NCBI GenBank assembly: GCA_965603825.1
Contig: CBFDEM010000057.1
Coordinates: 558,001-622,000, forward strand
Length of the DNA stretch: 64,000 bases
Source: Blepharisma stoltei ATCC 30299
Lineage: Eukaryota > Protista > Ciliophora
Direction: 5' to 3'
The notes under the pieces are model-generated. The model saw only the letters and a list, made by a program, of their open reading frames with translations, ran no database searches and had not been told where the DNA came from. The position numbers and the translations under genes were made by a program. Positions 37,780-49,240 of the stretch are shown piece by piece. Position 1 is the first letter of the stretch, and every line of letters starts with the position of its first letter.

Positions 37780-38673
37780 ATGAACCCCCCCATTATGATT
37801 ATAGATGATTCCTTAGACTCAATTCTCCAATCAATCGAATCAGCCAAATCTAAATCCCGGACAAGTTTTCCTACCAAACAAATTTTTATCGTATCTTGAA
37901 ATGTAAATCTCCTTAAAAAAGCTGCATCAAGAGACCAATTTCACCAATTCATCTCCGAAAAATCTCCAGACATTTTATGTTTCGAAGAAACAAAAATCAC
38001 GCTATCAGAGCAAAACCGCTTCAAATCTCTTTTTCCTCAATATTCCTATCAGTATTGGAGCTTTTCAGAGGAGCTTGATCATTGAGCAGGCCTTGCTTTG
38101 CTTTCAAAAGCAGAAGCTCATTCAATTTATCATGGAATCGGCACTCTAAATAGCACTGGAAGAGTTTTATCAGTCGAATTTGAAGATTTTTTTATCTGCG
38201 TTTGCTATTGTCCTCTATCAAAAAGCGAAGAAGAACAACAAAAAAGGGCGATTTGAGATGAAGAATTAAGACATTTTATTATTGAGCTTCAAAAGAGAAA
38301 AAATGTTATTTGAATAGGGGATTTTAATATAATTCATACTGAAGATGATATTATTGGACTTCCTAGTGATTTAATCGTACCCCCTGGGTTTGGAATAATT
38401 GAAAGAAAATCATTTGAAAAAAATTTTGAGTTGGGGTTTGTTGATAGCTTTAGGTATTGCAATGGGGATGAAAAAAAATTTAGCTGGAGAAGTATTAGAA
38501 TGCCCGGATGCCCACTAGGGAGAATTTGGAAATCGAGAATTGATTATGCGCTGGTTAGTGTAAGGATGCTGCCATATTTGAAGGAATCAATTATTTTTGA
38601 TGATTATAAGGCAGTTAGTGATCATTGTCCTATTGGGGTTAAATTTGATTTTTCTGTGAATGAAAATATTTAA
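37780..38673 (+). CDS. Exonuclease III/AP endonuclease (EEP family), about 297 aa
   Basis: IVSW(TGA)NVN, PDILCFEETK, CYCP, GDFN, SRIDY and SDHCP catalytic motifs are all present. Confidence 0.9.
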
Positions 38674-39061
38674 ATTCATAATAAATAATTAAATAGAAAT
38701 TAATTTAAATTTGGCTTATGGCTAGATAGAGAGTAAAGATGAATTTAAATCTCTTGCTAAAAAATAAATTGATTTAAAGTTTTAAATAAGATTATTTCAA
38801 AAAAAATTTATTTATTTATTTAACTTGCTTGTATTTTTATATCCAAAGGTAAAGTAGGAAAATTTCATCCCCAAGATATTCAGTAATAAGTAATTTTCTA
38901 TTTAATATCGAAATTTCTTTTGCTTTTGTAATTATAATTTCTTATCCTGAAATAATATTATAATGTTCAGGCAGGTCATACATTATTCTCATATGCAAAA
39001 TTTTATCTTCTTTCCATTATGATCTTTCTTATATTAAGATTAATTTTATCCAATAATAAAA

Positions 39062-39523
39062 ATGTTTATGAGATCTATTTGCAGAGCTTTTACTACTCGT
39101 CCTTTTAAGGTCCTTGGGGTTCAACAAGTCGCTCTTGGACACTTAGATAAAAACGTTCTTACCAATTTTTGGAGCAACCAGCTTGGAATTCCAAAAATCG
39201 GTAATTTCCAAAGTGAGACAGAGAACGTCAATGAAGACATTTTAAGAATTGGAGAAGGAGATAACGCTGTAGAAATCGATTTAATGCAGCCTATCGATCC
39301 AGAAAAGAATCCTAAAGTTCATAAGATTGCCTTGAATCACTTTGGATTGTGGATTGACGATTTAAGAGCTTGTGTCGATTATTTAGTAGCTAATGGAGTC
39401 CAAATGACACCTGGAGGAATCAGAAGAGGTGCAGCAGGGTTTGATGTGGCGTTTGTTCATCCTAAATCTACAGGAGGAATTCTTCTTGAGCTGGTTCAGC
39501 ACCCTAATCCACCTAGAAAATAA
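39062..39523 (+). CDS. MCEE: Methylmalonyl-CoA epimerase-like VOC protein with mitochondrial presequence
   Basis: LNHFGLWIDD, VAFVHPKSTGGILLELVQ, and an Arg-rich N-terminus MFMRSICRAF. Confidence 0.8.
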   Translation: MFMRSICRAFTTRPFKVLGVQQVALGHLDKNVLTNFWSNQLGIPKIGNFQSETENVNEDILRIGEGDNAVEIDLMQPIDPEKNPKVHKIALNHFGLWIDDLRACVDYLVANGVQMTPGGIRRGAAGFDVAFVHPKSTGGILLELVQHPNPPRK

Positions 39524-40087
39524 ATAAAAAATCCAAAAATTAGACAGAGTAGATTATAAAACATTAAATCAATATTAATTACTTAATTGCCTAAAGGTAT
39601 TTTTCAATACCGAAGCCATTACTTATAAATAATGATGATTTTTCACAAAGTTTTCTTAGAAAAAGTGGTCTATATGTGAGTTTGCATGTTTGCTTAATTC
39701 CACATTTAGAATTTCACTCAATGCACAAGGTTTGAATTCACATGCTGCTGAATTTTGTAAAAAAAGGTAACACGCTATATATTTTAGCTATTATTTTGAG
39801 ATTCCATATTCAATTAAGCCATACTACTGCTATTTCATCTATTCTAATTATTTCAGATGAAAAATTTAAATAATCCCATTTCAATTAGTTTTCAAAAAAA
39901 GCTCTTTTCATAAGTTAAAGGCTCAGTATATTTGCTGGCATACTCCTAAATCACTTTAAAAATATACTCTCTGCATATGAGCTCAAAACGCTTCCATAGT
40001 TTCAATATTATTGTTTTAAATTATTTAGTTATGAAATAATCCATATTGCTTTTAGATTTAAAATATTCATATTTCATAAATTAAAAG

Positions 40088-40354
40088 ATGAACACAGAAA
40101 ACGTGAATCCAAATCTACCTACTGAAGAACTGAGGAAAAACAAAATGTTTATGCATGAAATAAAAGACAAAAGTCTTATATCAAGGATTCCTCTTCAAGA
40201 AAAAGAGATATTTAAAGTACCTTCATTGAATTGTACAGAAATTTTGATGCCGACACAGCTAGATTTGGATCTATATGAAATCCAACGATTATATAAACAA
40301 AATTATAGGGAAGCAAACTTGAAGATCATGAATTCAAGAAAATCGGATCATTAA
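40088..40354 (+). CDS. Small hypothetical protein (88 aa)
   Basis: ATG in A-rich context, TAA stop, isolated within AT-rich spacers. No family recognised. Confidence 0.5.
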   Translation: MNTENVNPNLPTEELRKNKMFMHEIKDKSLISRIPLQEKEIFKVPSLNCTEILMPTQLDLDLYEIQRLYKQNYREANLKIMNSRKSDH

Positions 40355-40849
40355 CTAACGTATGCTAAACTATAATACTTACTTAGTTTTAAAAATGGAT
40401 ACATTTCAGTTAAACTGATATTTTGAATAAAATAAGAAATGGACGAAAATCTTATTGACTTTATTTTTAAAGATTTCTTTAACGAATCAGAAATTTATAA
40501 AAATCTTATCACTGTTTTCCTATTCTAAATATTAAGTGATGCTATACCGTGGTTATTATACTAGCTTATATACTTTATAATATTTATTTATTATTAAAGG
40601 AATTAATGCTATGATGCTATCAAATGAATGTTTAAAAGTTATTTTAAAAATACTTAATTTGAATACTTTTGGAACCTAATAACTATATAAAAAAATAAAA
40701 AATTGTATTTTTACAATCTATATTTTCCCATAGCATCTTATTCAATTATTAAATTTGGGAATTTTTAGTATAATGAAATTTAATAAATAATTGAATCATA
40801 CAGTGTGATACCAATGCCATTTTGAATATTTCAATAATAAATTCTTTGT

Positions 40850-43558
40850 ATGAGCTATACCGAAATCAGTGACCAGTTTGAAACGATTTCTTCCAATCTT
40901 AAAAAAGGCAGCCAAGTGATATCAGCACTGTGTAATTTCTTCAAAAATTATAAAAAACTAATTGATACTTACAATCAGCAACAATCCAAATTATGTGATA
41001 CTTTAGTTCTTGAATTTCCTAAAGAAGGCAACGTAGATACCTTATCAACAGCACTCCATTCCTTTATTAGTTTTCTCAGAAAACAAAATCAAAGTCAACT
41101 TGTATTCTCCAAAAATTTACAATTAGACATAATCGAGCCTTTAGAGCTATTTATCAATCATTTTGCTACATCTACAGCTACTTTATCAAGTCAGGGAGCT
41201 GCAGAATTCAAAGAACTAACAAAATGCAAAGACAGGCTCGATAAATCTATGAATAAATACATTCAAGCTTCAGAAATCGCAGAAAAATCTGAAAAGCTCA
41301 TTTCTGTTGATGATTCTAAAGAAAAACAAGAAAAAGCCTTAAAACAATTTCTAGGCAACCGAGCAATGGCCAATAAAGAGTCCGACAGGTATATGATCGC
41401 ATGCAACAAAATGAACGGCCGTCTGGATGAATATAACAGTGTGATGCCAGGCATAATGCAATGCCTTCAGCAAAATGAAGTAGGACGAATCCATTTCTTA
41501 AAATACACCCTTGAAAAGTATGGAAAACATTACTTAAATTATCATAATGTCACAACTGAGTCTTTAGATGATATGACTAAAATTTTGAGTAACGTCAACA
41601 GTGATATTGACATCAGAGTTCTCGTAGACAGGCTGAAGTCGAAGTCAAGTGAAATCACAAGAACAGAATTTATTACATATGAAAAATGAAAAGAAACTAA
41701 TAAAATTATAGAAGAAACTTTACCAAAAGAAGAAGAAACGAATATAGAAGAACTTGCTGACCCGAATTATGAACTTATTAGGACTGTGCTTAACTATCTT
41801 ACACAAGATATAATGAGACGCTCAATAGAGAGCTCAAGCGATTCTGATGCAAGTATCGATATTCCTGCTTGCACCCCAGAACTTGAAGAACTCGACCAAG
41901 GCTATTTTACTAAACTTTCTAATATCCTGCGTACATCTGAAGGCCGCACATTATTTTGTGACGTCTTGGAACATATGAAACACAGAAATTCGCTGACTGC
42001 AGACAAAATATTGCAGCTTGCTGCTATTATAAACTCACTTTTGACAGTAATTATGATGGAAAATGACAAAGATCCTATGGTTTTTAGCAAAATTATAGTG
42101 TCTTCACATATATTTTATACAGAAAAAGAAGATGGAAAAAGGATTTACTTGTCAAATTATATAGCATCCCATATGATATGGAATGATAAATCACGATGGA
42201 TTCAGGCAATTGACTATACGACTCAGGTAAAAATTTCGACTGATAAGACTTCTATGCAGAGGATTAAATCAATGAAAAGAAAAAATGAAGGACTATTTGG
42301 AACTATAAAGACGCTTGCTAATAAGCTTCCTATGGTATTTCAAAAAGGAGGAGATGAGCAGACTGATAAATCAGCAGGATTTATGGTGATGACACAGTTT
42401 AGTTTTCATATGATACATTTGGCGGTGCCTTTAGAAACTGCAAATGCTATTATAATGAGTTTTTCACAAAAAATAAATTTGGATGCTGATAGGACTTGTG
42501 TGCTCTTAGCTGAATTGCAAGCAAATCAAAGAAATAGCCTAAAAGAAGAAGCACCTTGAAAAGTATCTAAAAAACGACGAGAAAAAGAAAGGCGAAAATG
42601 GGGAGAAATTTTGCCAATTGGATTAGCATTGAAATTTTTAACACAAAAAGAAAGCTTCAATTTAGTTTTAGTCTGTAAGCACTGAAAGTTAAGACTTTAC
42701 CCTACCATTATAAAGAAATGGCTCTATAAAGGAGGACTCGATGAAGAATTTAAGCTGAAAATCAGAACAAAAGCATGGACAGAGCTGCTAAAAGATGATA
42801 TGCCAACATCTATTGATTATATTGCGTTATTAAACAAAGTTGTAGCTGAGCCTACAGCTATAAATGAATTAGAAGAAATTATTGACATGGACGTCTCTAG
42901 GTGCTATCAAAACCACCCACACATAATTCCACAAGTCCTTAAGAATTTATTGAAAACTTATGCATATTATAACCCTGAAATAGGGTATTGCCAAGGGATG
43001 AATTATATTGCTGGAACTTTATATATACAAATACAAGATGAAGAAGCGACATTTAGATCTCTCATTTCCCTAGTTAAAAGGTTTAAAATGACAAATTTAT
43101 TTATAAATGATTTACCAAAGCTCAAGCAATTTTTCTATCAAATGGACAGACTTATTGGAATTTTAGAACCAGAGGTCCATGAGTATTTTAAAGAAGTTGG
43201 GATATCCTCAGGCCACTTTAGTTCTCCATGGTTTATCACCCTCTTCGCTAGCCACCTGCAGAATAAAACAGAAATTTTACTACAAATTTGGGATCTATTT
43301 TTAATTCAAGGGTGGAAAGCAATTTTTAAAGCTGGAATTTCAATAATTAGCAGACTATCCAAAGAGATTATAGGATCAAGGTTTGAAGATATTATGCAGG
43401 TGTTGACAAGTTTGAGTATTAACATTGCTAATATTGATGTATTTGATGGAGAATTCATTCAAAGAGTGAAGATGGTCAAAATTAGTGATGCTTTGCTACA
43501 GGATTTGGAATTTGAGTATGAAAACTTAAAAATAAGAGCTGCAGAGAGGAAAAAATAA
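40850..43558 (+). CDS. F-BAR/FCH + TBC Rab-GAP domain protein (about 902 aa)
   Basis: N-terminal helical region with LQQNEVGRIHFLK (F-BAR). C-terminal IIDMDVSRC, GYCQGMN and PWFITLF (TBC). Three ORF pieces share one frame. Confidence 0.85.
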
Positions 43559-43972
43559 TTAATTGCAATAAATTTGATTCATTAATAGCTAATAAACTAA
43601 TTATATTATGACTATGAGACTTATCGTCTGTCCATTATTCATAAATCTTTTTTAATTTCTAAATTATCTTTCCCTATTTTTGAGGTATAATTTCATATGG
43701 GCTGTGCTGATTATTAAACTCAACGATAAGATCTTATAGTCTTAAACTGAATGCATTATTATACTTTTTCTCAATAGTTTTTCTTAGGAATATATGATAA
43801 AGAATTTGTAAACAAAAATAATCTCTATTGATTTTATAAAATTATAAAATATATTTATTTAAGTTTTTAAACATAAAATCATCATTATTTCAAAAATTAA
43901 TAGTCCATTCAGACTAAGCCAAAGTGATTTATTTTAAAATTCCCATTAGTATATTAGTTTATATTTCTTATT

Positions 43973-45157
43973 ATGGCAATTCTTAAGTCAATAATTTCAT
44001 GACTCTTAGGTCTTGGCTTGGGATCTTTATTAGCATATTATTTATCAAGACAAAAGAAGAAGCCACGATCAATTCCTCTAAAGGACCAATTAATCAGAAA
44101 TTCCCAATTTTTTGGAGAAGGCCAAAAGAAAATTCAGCAAAGTTTTGTTATTGTTATTGGTCTAGGCGGTGTCGGCAGCCATTGTGTAGTAGGCTTAGCT
44201 CGATCAGGTATTAAAAAACTCCGAATTGTCGATTTCGATATTGTAACACTTGGCTCATTAAATCGACATGCAGTCGCTATAGTTGATGATGTCGGCCAAA
44301 CTAAATCTGATGTATTAAAAAGGCACTTAGAAGAAATTATCCCACAGTGTGAAGTAGACGCTATCAATACATTGTTTTCCAGAGAAAATGCTGAACAATT
44401 ATTAAGCGGAAACCCTGATTTTGTTATTGACTGCATTGATAATATCAACACAAAAGCTGACTTACTAGAATTTTGCCATCAGAGAGAAATCAATGTGATC
44501 AGCTCAGGAGGGGCTGGAGGAAAAATTGATCCAACCCGAATGGAAATTTCTGATATCTCGTCTACAAAAAACTGCGAGCTTGTAAGAAAATTACGAAAAA
44601 TTTTGCATAAAAGAGGAGTAAAAGAAGGAATCACTGTTGTTTATTCAGCAGAGGGAGCTGCACAAAGTTTGTTAAAAGTGCAAGATAAAATGTCAAATAC
44701 ACAAGAAAAATATGATGATTATGCAAAATTCAGAACAAGAGTTATGCCAGTCATTGGAACCATGCCAGCAGTAGCAGGGAACTCTATAGCTACTTATGTG
44801 CTGTCTAGACTGGGTGGGGTTGAATTTAAGTCACTTGATAAAGAAAATGTCCGAAGAAATACATTCAACAAATTTTATCAAAGTCTTGAAATACTAGAAA
44901 AAAAACACTTTAGATGCAAGCTTGAAATGGACTTCGAAGAGTTTGAAAACGTCGCTGGAGATTTGTGGCATTGGCAATCGGTTTATAGCCACACTACTAT
45001 TGGAGTTGATGCTGTGAGATTTGATTTGACGAAACCTCCAAGTGAAACTAATTTAATTATGCTGACTAAGCAAGAACTAAAACAACATATCTCGAATACT
45101 CTTCCATGGACACAAGAGCAGCTTGAAGAAATAAGAAGAAAACTGGAAGACAATTAA
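43973..45157 (+). CDS. tcdA: tRNA threonylcarbamoyladenosine dehydratase (TcdA/Tcd1-2, ThiF/E1-like) with N-terminal TM anchor
   Basis: GLGGVGS, DFDIVTLGSLNRH, DCIDN, SSGGAGGKIDPT, VVYSAE and PVIGTMPA. The ATG at 43973 reads through one TGA. Confidence 0.88.
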
Positions 45158-45838
45158 GCATAAATTAATTCAGATTTATTCAGCACCAAAACTTATTTTT
45201 TTATGCACTGTAAATGAATTTCTTAATTCAAAGAGTACTTTGAGTTTAAATCTTAAAAATAGTTAAAATATTATGTAATTTTAAACTTTCTCTATATTAA
45301 TTTCTATTTTTTTATATGATAAAAAACTTCAGCAAGAGTTAAAATAAATAGCCAAATGCATATCTAAACATTTCTCTAGTTATCATTAAGGCATATAGTT
45401 TCTTTTCTTTAAGTAAAATTTTATATCAAAATAATTATGGCTTCATATTTAAAGTTTGACAGGGTTTTATTTCTATATGATGAACTATTTTCTTAATTTT
45501 AATATCAAACGCAAAATATTTATTATCATTAATCAATAAGCCTTTGGAATCAAAATTTAACCTCTTTTATTGAATTGCTTTTCCTTCCTCATTTAGCTTA
45601 TTTTTACTGCAATTTCAATATATTTTAAATTAAAATTTGCTAGATTTTAAATAACTAAAAGCGGTTGCATTTTTTGTATTTAAGTTTATAAAAAATTTTC
45701 AATTTTCATATAAATCTATATCGTCATGCAAACTAATCGTTTTGGCATTATAAGTGTCAGTAAATTCAACCATAAAGTTCATAAGTTAGTTTCATTTCTT
45801 AGAATACAAAAAACAATAATGGCTCATATAAAATTAAA

Positions 45839-46168
45839 ATGTCTGAGTTGATTCAAACAAGTCTTCTATCAAAAGTTGAGAAAGACCCATTAATCATTTC
45901 ACCCAAGCCTAAAAGGGTTTCTTTGGTCCCCATAAAGCCCAATATCAGCAACCCCTTCATTTCTTTGCTCGAAAATCAATGCAAAAATGAAGAGGATTCC
46001 ATCATCAATGAGTTGCAGTTTATATTAACCCAGCCTGAAGTACAAAAGAAAAAATTACCAAACCCCGTACAGTCGCCTGCATTTTGCAGAGCTCAAAGAC
46101 CAATGTCACGCCATACAAGTAATCCAATAATCAACGATGCATTATTCCAAGAATTAAACTGTTCTTAG
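45839..46168 (+). CDS. Small hypothetical protein (109 aa)
   Basis: ATG after aaaa, more GC-rich than flanks, TAG stop. Confidence 0.6.
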   Translation: MSELIQTSLLSKVEKDPLIISPKPKRVSLVPIKPNISNPFISLLENQCKNEEDSIINELQFILTQPEVQKKKLPNPVQSPAFCRAQRPMSRHTSNPIINDALFQELNCS

Positions 46169-46550
46169 AGGGTGCGTATAATGTTTATACCTAATTAAAT
46201 TTTTAAATACCAATTTGTCTAGTTTTTTAACGGAGCTTTTGATATTTTTGACAATCAAATTTGGGCGATTTTTTTCTTGGCTATGTTAAATTCAATAAAA
46301 AATACTTATAAGGAGAATCCAAATAAAATATTACATTTTTAAAGTAAATAAATGAAAGTGAGCTGAAAAAGGAGAAAAAGAAAATTTGTTGAGAATTTAG
46401 AAAATTGAAGTTATACATTTTATTGAGTTATTTAATAAAGAATTTTTCATATTTTTTATATTTTGATAGTCGTCATTTTCATTTTTAATTACCTCATCAG
46501 ATTTTTATCCTTAAGAATACCTTTAAAACATATCACTAAATTGTCATTTA

Positions 46551-48362
46551 TTAATGCCTTCTTCTCTCATTACTTCTACTTCTCGATCTTCTTCTCCTTG
46601 GTGGAGTTTTTGACCTTTTTTTATTTTCTCTCCCTTTCTTTTCTTTTACCTCATTTTCAATTTCTCTTTTTAAAAATCTATCTGCGGCTTCCTTATTCTT
46701 TTTTTGTTCAATTTCACTTTCGCTTTCTGATTCTGAAGATTCGCTTGATGATCCTTCTGATGAAGATGAACTTGAAGAGGAAGATGAGCTTTCAGCTTGC
46801 TGTGGGGCATTTTTTAAAAATTCTCTTAATTCGTCAGTAAGACTGCCAAGCCCAATTGAGGTGAAAAAGTTGATAGCAAATCTGGTATGCTTTGGCAGGT
46901 CTTTGGGGAAAATTCCTTGGAAGCAGTCCATTAGCTCTTCATCTTTGAACTTGAATTGCATTTTTTCAATGCTAAGGTTTTCTGCTATTTCTTGCATCAC
47001 GATTTTTATAAAGATTCTGCTTGAAGAAGTGGTGTCTTCTTCTGTAAGTCTGATGACTCTAAAAACACACCATGAAATTGCATCTGTAAATAATAAATGA
47101 GCAAAAAATTTTGCTAAATTCCTAAGTTTATTTGTTTCAAGCCTATGAATAGTCTGATAATACTGTGTAAGCAAATACTGGAAATGCTCTTGGTAAACAG
47201 GATTTAGCATACAAAATCGTTGGGAAAGTAATCCAAAAAAACGGAGATAAGTTCTCTCTTGCATGCAACACTCTAAAATCATAGCTGCGATGTCACCTTC
47301 TTGGCCTTCTCTAATTTTTAATTTTAGCATTTTATTTGCACACTCTTCAAACCCAACACTTGACATAATGCTTAAGTAAATTGTTTTTCTCAAATTCAGT
47401 AAATCCCTTTCTGTATAATCTTTGATTTTCCCTTCATTTTCGTCTTCTTCCTCTTCTTCCTCACTTTCCTCTTCTTCTCCTTCTCCTAAATAGTTTTCTT
47501 CTCCCAAAATTTCTCTTTTAATAACAGCCCACTCCTCTTCATTATTTTCGAAATTTTCGTCAAACTTAAAAACATTTAAAATTTCTTGACCATCTAAACT
47601 GTCATCCAATGAAATTTCATGTGTAATCTTATCAGCATCTTCTACAAGGTCTAACTCTTGAAGTACTCCAGGATGATCTCTGAATTTTGTTTTTCTGATC
47701 GCCATAAGGTTCTCAATGGTATATTGAACTCTTTTATTAGTTTCTCCTTCTTGTAAAATCCCTCGAAAACGGTCAAAAATTGCATTAACCCCTGTTGGTG
47801 ATAAGTCAGTTAACACTTGTCCGCATTCAATCATAAAATCAGTTGCAATTTCAACTGAATCTTCTGTAGGTTTTTCTAATAGCAAAGCCATGATTTGCAA
47901 AGCTAGTAATTCATTAACGACTTGTTGATTTACCAAGTGGGCAATCATTTTTGTTGTCGCTATACACAATAACTTATCATTTCTTTTGTATGACCTTTGG
48001 AATTGAAGAATTACTCTGTGCAAAAGCAATATCCCAATTTCTGGTAATTTTGTATTTATGACTGAAATTAAAGCAGCATAAACGTGTGTGAAGTTTGGGG
48101 CTGCCATTTGTGCTTTAAGTATAGCCTTAGTCAATAATCCTTTTCCACGTAGCAAATTTTCATTAAAAAGTTCGAAAATTACATTAGAAATGTTACTGAT
48201 ATTGACTTTATTGATGATCCCATTAATGGATTTACGTAAGAGATCCCACATGAGTTTTTGATATTCAGGTGATTTTTTATCTTTTATTTCTTTTTGCATT
48301 TGAGCGAGCCTAAAAGGAGGGATATAGACGCTTTCAGATTGCATTGGCTTTATATCTGTCAT
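46551..48362 (-). CDS. CWC22: Pre-mRNA splicing factor CWC22 (MIF4G + MA3, RS-rich tail)
   Basis: VYIPPFRL, WDLLRKSINGIINKVN, QERTY, HRLETNKLRN and RFAINFFTSIGLG. Confidence 0.97.
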   Translation of the reverse strand: MTDIKPMQSESVYIPPFRLAQMQKEIKDKKSPEYQKLMWDLLRKSINGIINKVNISNISNVIFELFNENLLRGKGLLTKAILKAQMAAPNFTHVYAALISVINTKLPEIGILLLHRVILQFQRSYKRNDKLLCIATTKMIAHLVNQQVVNELLALQIMALLLEKPTEDSVEIATDFMIECGQVLTDLSPTGVNAIFDRFRGILQEGETNKRVQYTIENLMAIRKTKFRDHPGVLQELDLVEDADKITHEISLDDSLDGQEILNVFKFDENFENNEEEWAVIKREILGEENYLGEGEEEESEEEEEEDENEGKIKDYTERDLLNLRKTIYLSIMSSVGFEECANKMLKLKIREGQEGDIAAMILECCMQERTYLRFFGLLSQRFCMLNPVYQEHFQYLLTQYYQTIHRLETNKLRNLAKFFAHLLFTDAISWCVFRVIRLTEEDTTSSSRIFIKIVMQEIAENLSIEKMQFKFKDEELMDCFQGIFPKDLPKHTRFAINFFTSIGLGSLTDELREFLKNAPQQAESSSSSSSSSSSEGSSSESSESESESEIEQKKNKEAADRFLKREIENEVKEKKGRENKKRSKTPPRRRRSRSRSNERRRH

Positions 48363-48499
48363 TTTAATTATATAGCAATATAAAAACCTTATAGAAAAAG
48401 TTAAATAAAAATTTAAAGATAGAATAATTATCTAATTATTGAGTATTAAAAGACTTGAAAGATAGAGCAATATTAAGGCTAATTATTATAAACCATAAA

Positions 48500-49213
48500 A
48501 TGGCACTTACAGCATCAGAACCTCAAAGGTTAGAAGAAGCTCTTCAGGCAAATCTTTACCTGACTGGAGATCATCCAACTCACACTGATGCAAAGGTGTT
48601 CGGAGAACTCTCTGGGACATCTTTTGATAAGGCCGCTTTCCCTAATCTCTGGGCATGGTTCCAATTCATTAGCCAATTCGCCCCAGAAATCACACAACAA
48701 TGGCCAGCCCCAGTGCAACAAGCTCCAGCCCACGTCGAAGCTGCACCAGAACAAAAAGCTGCTGAAGGTGCAGAAGAAGACGATGTCGATCTTTTCGCTG
48801 ACGATCCTTCTGTGGAAGAAGAAGCTAAAAAATTAGCAGAAGAAAAAGCCAAAGGAAAGAAAGAAGAGCCAGTTGGCAGAAGCACCGTCGTTTTTGATGT
48901 AAAACCAACCACCTCTACCGTCGATTTGGACGCTCTCGCAGCCAGAATTATCAACGAAGTTCAATTCCCAGGCCTTAAATGGGGTGCTGAATTTAAGAAG
49001 CAGCCAGTTGCCTTCGGAATCTTCAAGCTCATGGTCGGATGCGTGATGGAAGACACTGTTGAAACTGAAGCAATCGTTGAGCAAATCATGGAAATGACTG
49101 GCCAAATGAATGTGGAAGAAGAAGATGAGGAAGGAAATGGAACTGGAGTCTGGAATACAGTTGAAGACAATTTAGTTCAAAGTGTGGATATTGCCAACTT
49201 CCAGAAACTTTAA
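48500..49213 (+). CDS. EEF1B: Translation elongation factor 1-beta (eEF1B alpha/beta)
   Basis: DDVDLF, RSTVVFDVKP, GLKWG..PVAFGIFKL and VQSVDIANFQKL. The true ATG is at 48500; the track's TTG start is not used. Confidence 0.93.
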   Translation: MALTASEPQRLEEALQANLYLTGDHPTHTDAKVFGELSGTSFDKAAFPNLWAWFQFISQFAPEITQQWPAPVQQAPAHVEAAPEQKAAEGAEEDDVDLFADDPSVEEEAKKLAEEKAKGKKEEPVGRSTVVFDVKPTTSTVDLDALAARIINEVQFPGLKWGAEFKKQPVAFGIFKLMVGCVMEDTVETEAIVEQIMEMTGQMNVEEEDEEGNGTGVWNTVEDNLVQSVDIANFQKL

Positions 49214-49240
49214 GTAAGCTCTTTCTTTTTATAATTATTA

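Noticed and set aside
37780-38673. APE domain as the endonuclease of a LINE retrotransposon
   Set aside because: It ends in TAA right after SDHCP. No reverse transcriptase, poly(A) tail or target-site duplication follows; it looks like a stand-alone ExoIII-type enzyme.
39670-39750. Possible tRNA (ggtttgaattc T-loop-like string)
   Set aside because: No consistent acceptor, D or anticodon stems could be folded by eye.
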